From assembly GCA_937900875.1 (NCBI GenBank), contig CALCGD010000245.1:1-62686 (forward strand): a stretch of 62,686 bases of DNA, given 5' to 3'. The position numbers were made by a program, and so were the translations under genes. Position 1 is the first letter of the stretch. Each line of letters opens with the position of its first letter. The stretch is from an uncultured Flavobacteriales bacterium (lineage in GTDB: Bacteria > Bacteroidota > Bacteroidia > UBA10329). The notes below the pieces were generated by a model. It was not told the origin of the DNA. It ran no database searches and was given only the letters and a program-made list of their open reading frames with translations. Below, one piece after another: positions 1 through 9,860 of this stretch.

Positions 1-8
1 GGCTCCAC
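1..8 (+). other. Possible 3' end of an alanine-accepting RNA (tRNA-Ala or tmRNA) truncated by the window edge
   Basis: GGCTCCAC fits an acceptor 3' strand with U70 and discriminator A73 and is followed directly by an intrinsic terminator. Only 8 nt are visible. Confidence 0.25.
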
Positions 9-37
9 AAAAAAGGAGGCATTTTGCCTCCTTTTTT
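9..37. terminator. Intrinsic terminator, probably bidirectional
   Basis: AAAAAAGGAGGC-ATTTT-GCCTCCTTTTTT perfect hairpin with A and T tails. Confidence 0.85.
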
Positions 38-68
38 GTTTTCAATTTCTACTGGCTTGCACTTTATT

Positions 69-76
69 TACATTTG
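69..76 (+). promoter_or_regulatory. Bacteroidota sigma-A -7 element
   Basis: TACATTTG matches TAnnTTTG. It overlaps the ORF-track TTG at 74, so the true start is probably ATG 107. Confidence 0.65.
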
Positions 77-106
77 CACCATCGACCAATCAGTACAACA
101 ATCTTA

Positions 107-631
107 ATGACCAAAATTCTCGTTCCAGTTCTCTTTATCACATTGCTACTTGGTTGTGCTGGTTCAAAGAATCTCACTTCCATTCTTGTAGAAAATCCAA
201 ATGGAAATGTGGAGTTAATCTATGCTGGTACACAAGCTCCAGAAAACCTGGTAAAGGAAATTCGGTACTACGCAAACAAAGACACAATGTCTATTACCCC
301 TATGAAAAAGGGTATGGTACAAGGAGTTGTAAGTACTTACCACTCCAACAATATTTTAAAGGAGCAAACTACTTTTCAGACAGGGGTTCAAAACGGCAGT
401 TTTAAGCGGTATGATAAAGAAGGTGTGCTTGTGTTTGAAGGCAAACTTTTAAATGGCCTGAAAGAAGGTGTTTGGACTACATGGTATGATGAAGTGCAAA
501 TGGAAGAGCAGCGATCCTACTCAAACGATGTGGCAGACGGAAAATGGACCTATTGGTATATAGATGGAAACCTTAAAAGAGAAGAGGTTTACGAATCTGG
601 CAAACTCATTGAAGAGAAGAACTTCAACTAA
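107..631 (+). CDS. MORN-variant repeat (YwqK-like) lipoprotein
   Basis: Lipobox LLLGC; repeats of the type G.W..WY.DG.LK.E..Y..GK. The ORF track starts at 74; ATG 107 is preferred. Confidence 0.8.
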   Translation: MTKILVPVLFITLLLGCAGSKNLTSILVENPNGNVELIYAGTQAPENLVKEIRYYANKDTMSITPMKKGMVQGVVSTYHSNNILKEQTTFQTGVQNGSFKRYDKEGVLVFEGKLLNGLKEGVWTTWYDEVQMEEQRSYSNDVADGKWTYWYIDGNLKREEVYESGKLIEEKNFN

Positions 632-642
632 TCCTAAAAATC

Positions 643-1416
643 ATGAAGTACATTCTAATTCTACTCTTAGCACTACCTAATCTGGTCAATGCCCAAGAAA
701 AAGCAAAAGAGTTTTACGAATCAAAGAGGCTTAAATCTATTACTACCACAGTGGATGGTAAGCCTGAAGGGGTGTTTCAGGAGTGGTATGAAAACGGAAG
801 CAAGAAGGCAGAAGGAAATTTTGACGGTGGCGAAAGACACGGAAAGTGGCAAGAATGGTATGAAAACGGCAAGCTTTGGTCGTTAGCTTTTTTTGAAAAT
901 GGCATTCCAAACGGACGTTACGAAGATTACGACATGAACGGAGCCAAAGTAGAGGAAGGGAATATGGTACGTGGAGTGCCTAACGGACCATTTAGTACAT
1001 GGTACAATGATGGCCGGACGAGAAGTGAAGGCACTCTTAAGGATGGGATGAAGGTAGGAGTATGGACTACCTACTTTGAAAATGGCAATAAGCAAGATAA
1101 GGGCGAGTACAAAATGAATACTCGAGTTGGTACATGGGAAGAGTGGCATCCGAACGGTAAAATGAAGTCGAAAGGAGTTTATTTTGCTGGTATTCAGCAT
1201 GGCAAATGGACCTATTGGTTTGATAATGGAAGAAAGTCTAAGGAGGGAGAGTATTTTGAAGGCAACCTAAAAGGACTTTGGTCGACTTATCATGACAACG
1301 GACAACTTGCAAGCCAAGGCAATTATAAAGGCGAGTTGAAGGTTGGAAATTGGAAATATTACACCAGCGAAGGTGCTTTAGAAAATGAAGAATCACATCC
1401 TGTACCAACACAATAA
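643..1416 (+). CDS. MORN-variant repeat (YwqK-like) exported protein
   Basis: Signal peptide ending VNA-Q; about 9 tandem 24-aa repeats of the type G.W.EWYENG.K..EG.Y..G. Confidence 0.85.
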   Translation: MKYILILLLALPNLVNAQEKAKEFYESKRLKSITTTVDGKPEGVFQEWYENGSKKAEGNFDGGERHGKWQEWYENGKLWSLAFFENGIPNGRYEDYDMNGAKVEEGNMVRGVPNGPFSTWYNDGRTRSEGTLKDGMKVGVWTTYFENGNKQDKGEYKMNTRVGTWEEWHPNGKMKSKGVYFAGIQHGKWTYWFDNGRKSKEGEYFEGNLKGLWSTYHDNGQLASQGNYKGELKVGNWKYYTSEGALENEESHPVPTQ

Positions 1417-1499
1417 CTCCTCTTTGGAGGAAGTGTACGCTGCAGCTTAATTTTTTTCCTTTTCTTTAGATCTTGCAAATAATTTAAGCTAGGGACTTT

Positions 1500-4400
1500 G
1501 TGAAAAGATTTTTACTACTACTCGTAACCGCACTCTTCTTCGGAATTAACCATGCCTCCGCAACACATATTGTAGGGGGTTCTTTGGTTTATACTTATCT
1601 CGGTGGAAGCCAATATGCGGTAACTCTCGTTGTTTATAGAGACTGTTTAAGCGGTCAGGCCGCATTCGATAATCCAGCCAATGTTGGAATATTCAATGCC
1701 AGTGGAACGCTTGTGCAAAACTTAAACTTCGCGTTAGATTCTGTCGTAACATTACAAGGAACCATCAATTCCAGTTGTGTTACGGCTCCAACAGATGTAT
1801 GTACAGAAGCAGGCTATTACACTGATATTGTCACACTTCCTCCTGCCATTGGTGGTTATACCATTTCTTACCAGAGGTGCTGTAGAAACGCGGTTGTTCA
1901 GAATATTACAAACCCGAATGATGTTGGAACTACGCTAACTGCTACCATTCCTGGTAGCGAAACAAGCCCAATCAATTCGAGTCCACAATGGAGTAATCTA
2001 CCTCCATTGTATATCTGTGTAAATCTTCCATTCCAATTCGATCACTCTGCTACAGATGCCGATGGTGATTCATTGGTTTATGAATTATGTAGCCCATACG
2101 TTGGGGCTTCGGCCACAGCGCCACAGCCAGATCCACCGGGAGCTCCACCATACACACAAGTAACATGGGACCCTTCATACGGTCTTACAGATATGTTGGG
2201 CGGACCAGTTCCTCTAACCATAAACCCTGTTACTGGTCAGGTTAATGCGACACCAGATGCTCAAGGAACATACTTGATTGGATTGTGTGTTTCTGAATAC
2301 AGAAATGGCGTGCTAATCGGTACAACAAGACGCGAAATTCAAATTAGCGTAGTTAATTGCCAAGCGCCAGTTGCTTTGCCTGATGATGTAAATGAGATTA
2401 GTCCAAATTCATTTATCAACTGTACTGAGTTTGTTGAGTTTAACGCATTCAACTCTGCTGGATTTGACATCTGGTGGAACTTTGGAGACCCAACTACTCT
2501 TGCAGATACAGCCAATACACAACTTACTCAATGGCAATATCCAGGACCAGGAACGTATGATTTGACGCTTGTGGTTTATAATCCAATCAATCCGAACGAT
2601 CCACTTTGTACGGATACAGTTATTCAGCAAATTGTTGTTCAGGATACGGTAATTCCTGTTGCTGGTCCAGATACAGCCACTTGTCCAGGAATACCAGTGC
2701 AAATTGGAAGTCCGTCTACTCCAGGGTGGACCTACTCTTGGTCGCCAATAACTGGATTAGATAATGCGAATATTGCGCAGCCAATAGCTACCATTACAGG
2801 CCAAATTACATATACACTTACAGCAACCGATGCAGTAGGATGTTCGGGTCAGGATGAAATTACAATCAGCCTTTTGGCTAACTCGGGTGCCGATGCTGGC
2901 CCTGATGTTCAAATATGCCCAGGGGATTCCGTTCAACTAGAAGCATCGGGAGGAACATCCTACGCATGGACACCAGGTACTTTTATTGACAACGCTAATG
3001 TGTTCAATCCTAATGTTTTTCCACCATCAACCACAGATTATATTGTTGAAGTAACAAACAGTGATGGTTGTATTGGTTTTGATACGGTAAATGTTGCTGT
3101 ATTCAATCCGCAGCTTACCGTCTCGGCAGATGTAACAATTTGCTTGGGAGATACAACCCAGTTAGAAGCTTCGGGTGCTGTTACTTATTTATGGTCACCG
3201 AATCAGGATATTGACAACATCAATATTTCTAATCCTGAAGTTTGGCCTTCTGCTACCACAACCTATGTGGTTAATGCTACGGATGCTAACTCTTGTGAAG
3301 TATCAGATTCAATTGTAGTTACCGTTCAACCACTCCCAAGTGTAGATGCTGGTCCAGATTTAACTATTTGCTTCGGTCAATCTGCAGAGCTTGGAGGTTC
3401 TGGAGCAACCGATTACGTATGGGTTCCGGGAGGAACGCTCAACGATCCAAATACTCAGAGTCCGATTGCTTCGCCAGAGGTAACCACAACATTTTACGTC
3501 ACTGGGTCTGATCAGTTTGGTTGTTCAAACACAGATTCGATGACGGTATTTGTGAATCAATTACCAACTATTGATGCTGGAGCTGATGACATTGTTTGTA
3601 ATGGAATTGGTGTTCAACTCAACGCAACTGGAGGTGTAACCTATTCTTGGGCTCCAATTTTAGGTCTTAATGATCCAAATATTGCTAATCCAATTGCCTT
3701 GCCTGCTACACCTACAGAGTATGTTGTCACTGGAATTGATGCAAATTCTTGCTCAAACACTGACACCGTTTTTGTGGATGTTTTCCTAGTTAATGCGCTT
3801 GGAGATACGACTATATGTATTGGTGATGTAGCACAACTTGGGGCAATAGGAGGAGTTTCTTGGACATGGACGCCTGTAACAGGTTTGTCAGATCCAAATG
3901 CTCAGTTTCCAACTGCCAATCCAAGTTCCACTACTGTTTATACAGTTACTGCTGATGATGGAACGGGCTGTTTAGCTACAGACTCGGCTACCGTTACAGT
4001 AGCTCCTCTACCAGAAGCTTTTGCTGGATACAATCAAGGAGTTTGTGCTGGGAACCAAGTCACACTTAACGCTACAGGTGGGGTTGTCTATTTATGGACT
4101 CCTGCTGCAGGATTGAGCGATCCGAATATTTCAAATCCGGTTGTTACGTTTACAGCAGATACAGTAACCTATATAGTGTTTGTAACCGATGCAATTGGTT
4201 GCGCTAATTCTGACACAGTTACGGCATGGCAAGAGCCTTTACCAGATGCTGTTGCTGGACCTGATACTACTATTTGCTTTGGCGAAAGCGTTCAACTGTT
4301 CTCAGGCGGAGGTGAAACATATACATGGGATCCACCAGCTGGCCTCAATAATCCGAATATCCAAAATCCTATTGCCACTCCATTAGCCACAACTACTTAT

Positions 4401-6389
4401 ACTGTTACGGTTGGTCAAACCACAGGTAATATGGTTTTCAATGGAGACTTTTCGCAAGGGAATGTTGGCTTTGGAAGTGATTATACGTACGCTACTCAGC
4501 TTAATCCAGAAGGATTGTACAGTGTAGTTACAAATGCCAATACGGTTCATAATGCTTTTGTAGGAACGGATCATACTGGTAATGCTCCAGTTGATAGTTT
4601 CATGGTTGTAAACGGAGCCGGTACGCCTAACCAAAACGTTTGGTGCCAAACGGTTTCTGTTTCTCCTAATACCGATTATTATTTCGGAGCTTGGGTTAGT
4701 ACCATGGTCGCTAGCAGTCCAGCTATTCTGCAGTTCTCTATTAATGGTCAGGTTCTCGGAAGTCCGTTTAGCGCACCTTTCAATGTGAATAACTGGAGTC
4801 AGTTCTTCGAAACTTGGAACTCAGGAACGGCTACAACAGCTACAATATGTGTGGTTAATCAGAACACAAATACAGGCGGAAATGACTTCGGACTGGATGA
4901 TATTACGTTCAGCACTTTCTGTACAAATACCGCTGAGGTTACTGTAACGGTTAATCCACTGCCACTGGCAGATGCGGGAGAAGACCAATCAATTTGTGTT
5001 GGTGATGTAACTCAAATGGATGGTTCTGGAGGAGTTACCTACCAATGGGTTCCACCAATCGGACTAAGCGACCCAACGAACCCGAATACTGATGCAAGTC
5101 CTATTAATACAACTACTTACACCTTAATTGTTCAGGATAATATTGGATGTACGGCAACCGACCAGATGGTACTTACTGTAAATCCATTACCAGCTGCTAG
5201 CGCAGGTGCCGACAGTGAAGTTTGTATAGGAGAGAGCGTTGTTCTTCAAGGTACTGGAGGAACAAGTTATGTATGGTCACCGGGCACGTATTTGGATGAT
5301 CCAACTGCTCAACTTCCATTATCTACACCAGCGCAAACCATTACATATCATCTTACAGTAACCGATGGTAATTCATGTGTTAATACCGATTCGGTTACGG
5401 TGATTGTAAATCCATTACCAATTATTGATGCAGGACCAGATAGCATGATTTGCGCTAATTCATCAATAATCTTACAGGCATCTGGAGGTGATACCTATTT
5501 ATGGAGCCCATTAGTTGGACTGAGCGACCCACAGAGTGCTAATCCTTCGGCATCTCCATTATCTCCTATCGTTTATACTGTTACTGGAACTGATGCAAAC
5601 GGTTGCGTGAACACCGATTCGGTTAGCATAACCATCTTCACGGTTACTGCTGGACCAGATAGCGTTGTTTGTTTGAATGACAGTGTTCAGGCATTTGTTA
5701 GCGGTGGTGTATCATTCAGTTGGACACCTGTTGAGGGTGTTAGTGACCCAACGCTACCAAATCCTTACTTAAGCCCCGAAGTAAGCACTAGCTACACGGT
5801 TACCGTTATCAGCGAGTTTGGCTGCGAAGCAACTGGCGAAGTAGATATCGACATTCTCACATTACCAATTGCCAATTTTACAGCTGCGTTTGAACCTGGT
5901 TGTGAGGGAATACATGCCGATTTTGACAATAATTCTGAAAACAGTGAGTCATTCTATTGGATGTTTGGAGATGGGTCTACTTCTTCGGATGATGAGCCGA
6001 GCTACTTATATCCTCCGGGCGAAGGTTATGTGGTAACCTTGATTGCTTACAACAACGATAGTTTGTGCGTTGATACAGCAGTTGTCGATTACACTGGCTC
6101 TTGGTTTGGAAACGATACAATTGAGGTGCAATACAGCACTGCGTTTACGCCAAACTTCGATAACATAAACGATTGCTTCAGACCTGGTTTTGATGGTCGC
6201 TTTAGCGAGTGTTACCAACTTACGGTTTACAACCGTTGGGGAGCGCTGATTTTCGAGTCAACTGGTGGTCAAAACCATTGCTGGGACGGTCATACTAAAG
6301 GCGGAAAGCTTTGCGATGAAGGCACCTACTACTACATTTCACGTCTTAAAGACTACGAGAAGCACGGCTACGTAACACTTATATACTAA
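1500..6389 (+). CDS. T9SS type B (gliding motility-associated CTD) surface protein with PKD and Ig-like repeats
   Basis: Signal peptide; N-terminal HIVGG..YRDC..CCR domain; about 12 AG.D..IC..W.P..GL.DP...NP repeats; CTD AFTPN.D..ND.F..YNRWG..WDG..GTYYY. Confidence 0.9.
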   Translation: MKRFLLLLVTALFFGINHASATHIVGGSLVYTYLGGSQYAVTLVVYRDCLSGQAAFDNPANVGIFNASGTLVQNLNFALDSVVTLQGTINSSCVTAPTDVCTEAGYYTDIVTLPPAIGGYTISYQRCCRNAVVQNITNPNDVGTTLTATIPGSETSPINSSPQWSNLPPLYICVNLPFQFDHSATDADGDSLVYELCSPYVGASATAPQPDPPGAPPYTQVTWDPSYGLTDMLGGPVPLTINPVTGQVNATPDAQGTYLIGLCVSEYRNGVLIGTTRREIQISVVNCQAPVALPDDVNEISPNSFINCTEFVEFNAFNSAGFDIWWNFGDPTTLADTANTQLTQWQYPGPGTYDLTLVVYNPINPNDPLCTDTVIQQIVVQDTVIPVAGPDTATCPGIPVQIGSPSTPGWTYSWSPITGLDNANIAQPIATITGQITYTLTATDAVGCSGQDEITISLLANSGADAGPDVQICPGDSVQLEASGGTSYAWTPGTFIDNANVFNPNVFPPSTTDYIVEVTNSDGCIGFDTVNVAVFNPQLTVSADVTICLGDTTQLEASGAVTYLWSPNQDIDNINISNPEVWPSATTTYVVNATDANSCEVSDSIVVTVQPLPSVDAGPDLTICFGQSAELGGSGATDYVWVPGGTLNDPNTQSPIASPEVTTTFYVTGSDQFGCSNTDSMTVFVNQLPTIDAGADDIVCNGIGVQLNATGGVTYSWAPILGLNDPNIANPIALPATPTEYVVTGIDANSCSNTDTVFVDVFLVNALGDTTICIGDVAQLGAIGGVSWTWTPVTGLSDPNAQFPTANPSSTTVYTVTADDGTGCLATDSATVTVAPLPEAFAGYNQGVCAGNQVTLNATGGVVYLWTPAAGLSDPNISNPVVTFTADTVTYIVFVTDAIGCANSDTVTAWQEPLPDAVAGPDTTICFGESVQLFSGGGETYTWDPPAGLNNPNIQNPIATPLATTTYTVTVGQTTGNMVFNGDFSQGNVGFGSDYTYATQLNPEGLYSVVTNANTVHNAFVGTDHTGNAPVDSFMVVNGAGTPNQNVWCQTVSVSPNTDYYFGAWVSTMVASSPAILQFSINGQVLGSPFSAPFNVNNWSQFFETWNSGTATTATICVVNQNTNTGGNDFGLDDITFSTFCTNTAEVTVTVNPLPLADAGEDQSICVGDVTQMDGSGGVTYQWVPPIGLSDPTNPNTDASPINTTTYTLIVQDNIGCTATDQMVLTVNPLPAASAGADSEVCIGESVVLQGTGGTSYVWSPGTYLDDPTAQLPLSTPAQTITYHLTVTDGNSCVNTDSVTVIVNPLPIIDAGPDSMICANSSIILQASGGDTYLWSPLVGLSDPQSANPSASPLSPIVYTVTGTDANGCVNTDSVSITIFTVTAGPDSVVCLNDSVQAFVSGGVSFSWTPVEGVSDPTLPNPYLSPEVSTSYTVTVISEFGCEATGEVDIDILTLPIANFTAAFEPGCEGIHADFDNNSENSESFYWMFGDGSTSSDDEPSYLYPPGEGYVVTLIAYNNDSLCVDTAVVDYTGSWFGNDTIEVQYSTAFTPNFDNINDCFRPGFDGRFSECYQLTVYNRWGALIFESTGGQNHCWDGHTKGGKLCDEGTYYYISRLKDYEKHGYVTLIY

Positions 6390-6401
6390 TCCCAACATTA
6401 C

Positions 6402-9400
6402 ATGAGAAAAGAGAACTTCAGAAAATCACTAGTTGTTCTACTTTTCTCGTGCTTCGGGATTCTTTCAGTTTTAGCTGAAAATCAGCCTAAGTTTATTGAA
6501 AACAAAGGACAGCTTCCCTCGCAGGTAGCTTACAAATTGCAGGTTGCAAATGCAGATCTTTTTTTCGAAAAAGACAGGCTAACATTCAATTTTTACAATC
6601 CAGAGTTACTTCATCAGCATGGACACGCTCATCAAGAATCCGAGTTTGTTGGACATGCTTATCAGATGGTGTTTCTAAACTCTTCTTCAGAAGTAGAGAT
6701 TCTGGGTGAAGGCAATCGTTATTCTGATTACATCAATTATATATCAAAGCAAAAATCAGTTGGTCATGTGGCCTCATTTACCCGTGTTTCGTATCGTAAT
6801 ATTTATGAAGGAATTGATTTAGAATATTTCGGCAGCAACGGTAATCTGAAGTATGACATCATTGTTGATGCTGGTGTAGACCCGAGCATCATTCAATTTA
6901 AATATGAAGGAGCCGATAAGGTTCAATTGAAGAGAGGTAAGCTTCTTGTCAAGAATAACTTCAATTCGGTAGAAGAGAGTATTCCGATGGCCTATCAAAT
7001 CATTAATGGTCAACAAGTTGTAGTAGACTGCAAGTATTCTCTTGAAGGAGATGTTGTAGCATTCCAATTCCCTGATGGGTATAATTCTGAATACGAATTA
7101 GTAATTGATCCAACCTTAATATTTTCGTCTTATACGGGTTCGACTGCCAATAATTTTGGCTTTACAGCCACGTATGACGAAGATGGAGCATTGTACGGTG
7201 GTGGCATCTCTTTCGGACTTGGTTACCCCATTATTACTGGCGCTTATGCCGAGACATTTGGTGGAGTCGTAGATATGGCTATTTCCAAGTTTTCTCCTGA
7301 TGGGACAGCGCTGGAATACTCAACGTTTATCGGAGGAGCAAGTGCTGACGTTCCACATAGTATGATTGTAAATAGTTTGGGAGAACTGGTTATTTTGGGT
7401 AGCACCAGCTCCTTGGATTATCCTACATCCCCAACCGGATTTGACGCAACATTCAATGGTGGTACTGCAGCCAATTATACCAGCAACGGAACCAATTATC
7501 AGAACGGTTCTGATATCGTTGTAAGCGTGCTTAGTGCAGATGGAACGGCATTGGTTGGCTCTACCTATTTAGGAGGGTTTTTGAATGATGGACTCAATGA
7601 TGACGGAATACTTTCATACAACTATGGAGATATTTTTAGAGGTGAGGTAATTGTTGATGGCGCTGACAATATTTACATTCTTTCGAGTACAAAGTCTGCA
7701 GATTTTCCTACAACAACAGGAGCATTGGATGAGACACTAGGGGGTACCCAAGATGCGTGTTTAGCCAAGTTTAATCCAGATGTTTCGGTGCTTGAATGGT
7801 GTACTTACATTGGAGGGTCGGCTGGAGATGCGGGCTATTCTTTAAAGCTAAATTCGGCTAACGAACTGTATGTGACCGGAGGAACTGCAAGTTCAAATCT
7901 TGCCGTTGACGCTGGTGCAATTTTCCCAACATATGGTGGAGGTTCTGCGGATGGCTATTTGTTCAGGATTTCCAATGATGGCTCTACGATTATCAATAGT
8001 TCATACATCGGCACATCTTCTTACGACCAAAGCTATTTTGTGGAAGTTGATGATGAGGATGCTGTTTACTTGTACGGTCAATCGACTGGAAGCTATCCCG
8101 TGACGGGAGGTGCTTATTTTAATCTCAACGGTAAGCAATTCATCCAAAAACTGACACCAGATATTACCACCTCAATATATTCCACGGTATTCGGAAGTGG
8201 ATCGGCCAATATCAACATATCACCAACGGCATTTCTAGTTGATGTTTGCAAGCGAGTTTTTGTTTCTGGATGGGGTGGTTCTACAAACAACTCTTGGAAC
8301 AGTAGCACAGGAAACACTTCAGGTTTGGCCACAACCATCGATGGAGAACAAACAACGACTGACGGTAGTGATTTCTATTTCATGGTACTTGAAGAGGATG
8401 CCACGGCCTTATTGTACGGATCCTATTTTGGTGGAAACGGAATTGCCGAACACGTTGATGGAGGTACGAGTCGATTTAACGATAACGGAGTAATTCATCA
8501 AGCGGTTTGTGCTGGTTGCGGTAGTAGCAATGCATTCCCAACCACACCGGGTGTCGTATCTAATATCAATGGAAACAGTTGTAATCTGGGCGTAATTAAA
8601 CTCGATTTAGAAATATCTGCGGTACAAGTAGATATTACTGGAGGAGGTAGTCAGACTGGGTGTGCACCTTTTGATGTTGATTTTGAAGCAGATTTGGTAA
8701 ATGCCACAGATTTTATCTGGTATTTCGGAGATGGAGATTCTGCCAACGTTCAAAACCCAAGTCATACCTATGCCAACCCAGGTGTTTATGAAGTGATGTT
8801 GATCGGAACCGACACTGCTTTTTGCACTGGAGAAACATTCACAGATACGTCTATAACCATCATCACAGTTAATCTGCTTACAGATGCGGCCGAAGCAGGC
8901 ACAGGTGCTCATCTTTGCCCTGGTGATTCGGTTCAAATTGGGGCAGACACCATTCCTGGATACACCTACAGTTGGGACCCACCTTTAGATCTTTCAGATC
9001 CAACAGGCTCAAATCCGTTTGCCAGCCCAACAGAAGATGTTCAATACTACCTCACCATTCTTAATGCCGATGGTTGTGAAGATGTAGATTCCGTCATGAT
9101 TACCGTTTTCGGAATTGAAGCGTTTCCTGATACAGTGATTTGTACAAACGATAGTGTTCTGGTTTCTGTAATCGGAGGTTCAAGTTTTTCATGGCTCCCT
9201 GTTGCAGGAGTAAGTAATCCAACCAGTTCAAGCACTTATATCACAGCAGGGCTTGCACCAATATATACCGTTACCGCTTCTGACGGACTCGGTTGTGAAG
9301 ACACGGCCATCGTAAACTTGGGCGCGTTGGTAGGACCTACTGCGCTATTTGATGTTGAAATAAGCCAAAGTTGTTTGGGAGATTCTGTTCAGTTCTTAAA

Positions 9401-9860
9401 CATGTCTGATAATGCCGATTCTTACGAATGGAACATTGGCGGACTGATCACAAATGAAGATGAACCCATTATTCTTTTTGAACCTGGAGATGGGCCAGTA
9501 GTATATCTCATTGCCACAAATAATAATGGCGAATGCATTGATACGCTGACTATCGATTATATGAACGGCTGGTATTCTGAAGATTCGGTGACGGTCACTT
9601 ACCCGAACGTATTTACACCAGATGGCGATAACATAAACGATTGTTTTAAGCCTGATTTTACTGGCGATTTAGACGATTGCTTTACGCTAAAGGTGTTTAG
9701 CAGATGGGGACGATTACTTTACGATTCAGAAAAACACGGAGGCAATTGTTGGGATGGAACTCAACGTACCGATGATCTTGTTTCGCGAGGGACGTACTAC
9801 TACATTGCAAACGTTCGTGGCATGGATCATGCTGGGTTTGTGACAGTGTTGTACAAATGA
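6402..9860 (+). CDS. T9SS type B surface protein with SBBP-like beta-propeller repeats and PKD domains
   Basis: N-terminal FIENKGQ...LVIDPTLIFSSYTG motif; repeated STY.GG...D units; PKD WYFGDG; CTD PNVFTPDGDNIND..SRWG. Confidence 0.9.
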   Translation: MRKENFRKSLVVLLFSCFGILSVLAENQPKFIENKGQLPSQVAYKLQVANADLFFEKDRLTFNFYNPELLHQHGHAHQESEFVGHAYQMVFLNSSSEVEILGEGNRYSDYINYISKQKSVGHVASFTRVSYRNIYEGIDLEYFGSNGNLKYDIIVDAGVDPSIIQFKYEGADKVQLKRGKLLVKNNFNSVEESIPMAYQIINGQQVVVDCKYSLEGDVVAFQFPDGYNSEYELVIDPTLIFSSYTGSTANNFGFTATYDEDGALYGGGISFGLGYPIITGAYAETFGGVVDMAISKFSPDGTALEYSTFIGGASADVPHSMIVNSLGELVILGSTSSLDYPTSPTGFDATFNGGTAANYTSNGTNYQNGSDIVVSVLSADGTALVGSTYLGGFLNDGLNDDGILSYNYGDIFRGEVIVDGADNIYILSSTKSADFPTTTGALDETLGGTQDACLAKFNPDVSVLEWCTYIGGSAGDAGYSLKLNSANELYVTGGTASSNLAVDAGAIFPTYGGGSADGYLFRISNDGSTIINSSYIGTSSYDQSYFVEVDDEDAVYLYGQSTGSYPVTGGAYFNLNGKQFIQKLTPDITTSIYSTVFGSGSANINISPTAFLVDVCKRVFVSGWGGSTNNSWNSSTGNTSGLATTIDGEQTTTDGSDFYFMVLEEDATALLYGSYFGGNGIAEHVDGGTSRFNDNGVIHQAVCAGCGSSNAFPTTPGVVSNINGNSCNLGVIKLDLEISAVQVDITGGGSQTGCAPFDVDFEADLVNATDFIWYFGDGDSANVQNPSHTYANPGVYEVMLIGTDTAFCTGETFTDTSITIITVNLLTDAAEAGTGAHLCPGDSVQIGADTIPGYTYSWDPPLDLSDPTGSNPFASPTEDVQYYLTILNADGCEDVDSVMITVFGIEAFPDTVICTNDSVLVSVIGGSSFSWLPVAGVSNPTSSSTYITAGLAPIYTVTASDGLGCEDTAIVNLGALVGPTALFDVEISQSCLGDSVQFLNMSDNADSYEWNIGGLITNEDEPIILFEPGDGPVVYLIATNNNGECIDTLTIDYMNGWYSEDSVTVTYPNVFTPDGDNINDCFKPDFTGDLDDCFTLKVFSRWGRLLYDSEKHGGNCWDGTQRTDDLVSRGTYYYIANVRGMDHAGFVTVLYK

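Noticed and set aside
107-1416. YwqK-like genes as a complete toxin-antitoxin system
   Set aside because: No toxin gene is adjacent, and MORN-variant repeats are common in Bacteroidota exported proteins
1500-6389. Protein repeats as DNA tandem repeats or a phase-variable/DGR target
   Set aside because: The repeats are diverged at the nucleotide level; no near-identical TR/VR pair, reverse transcriptase or invertible repeat was seen
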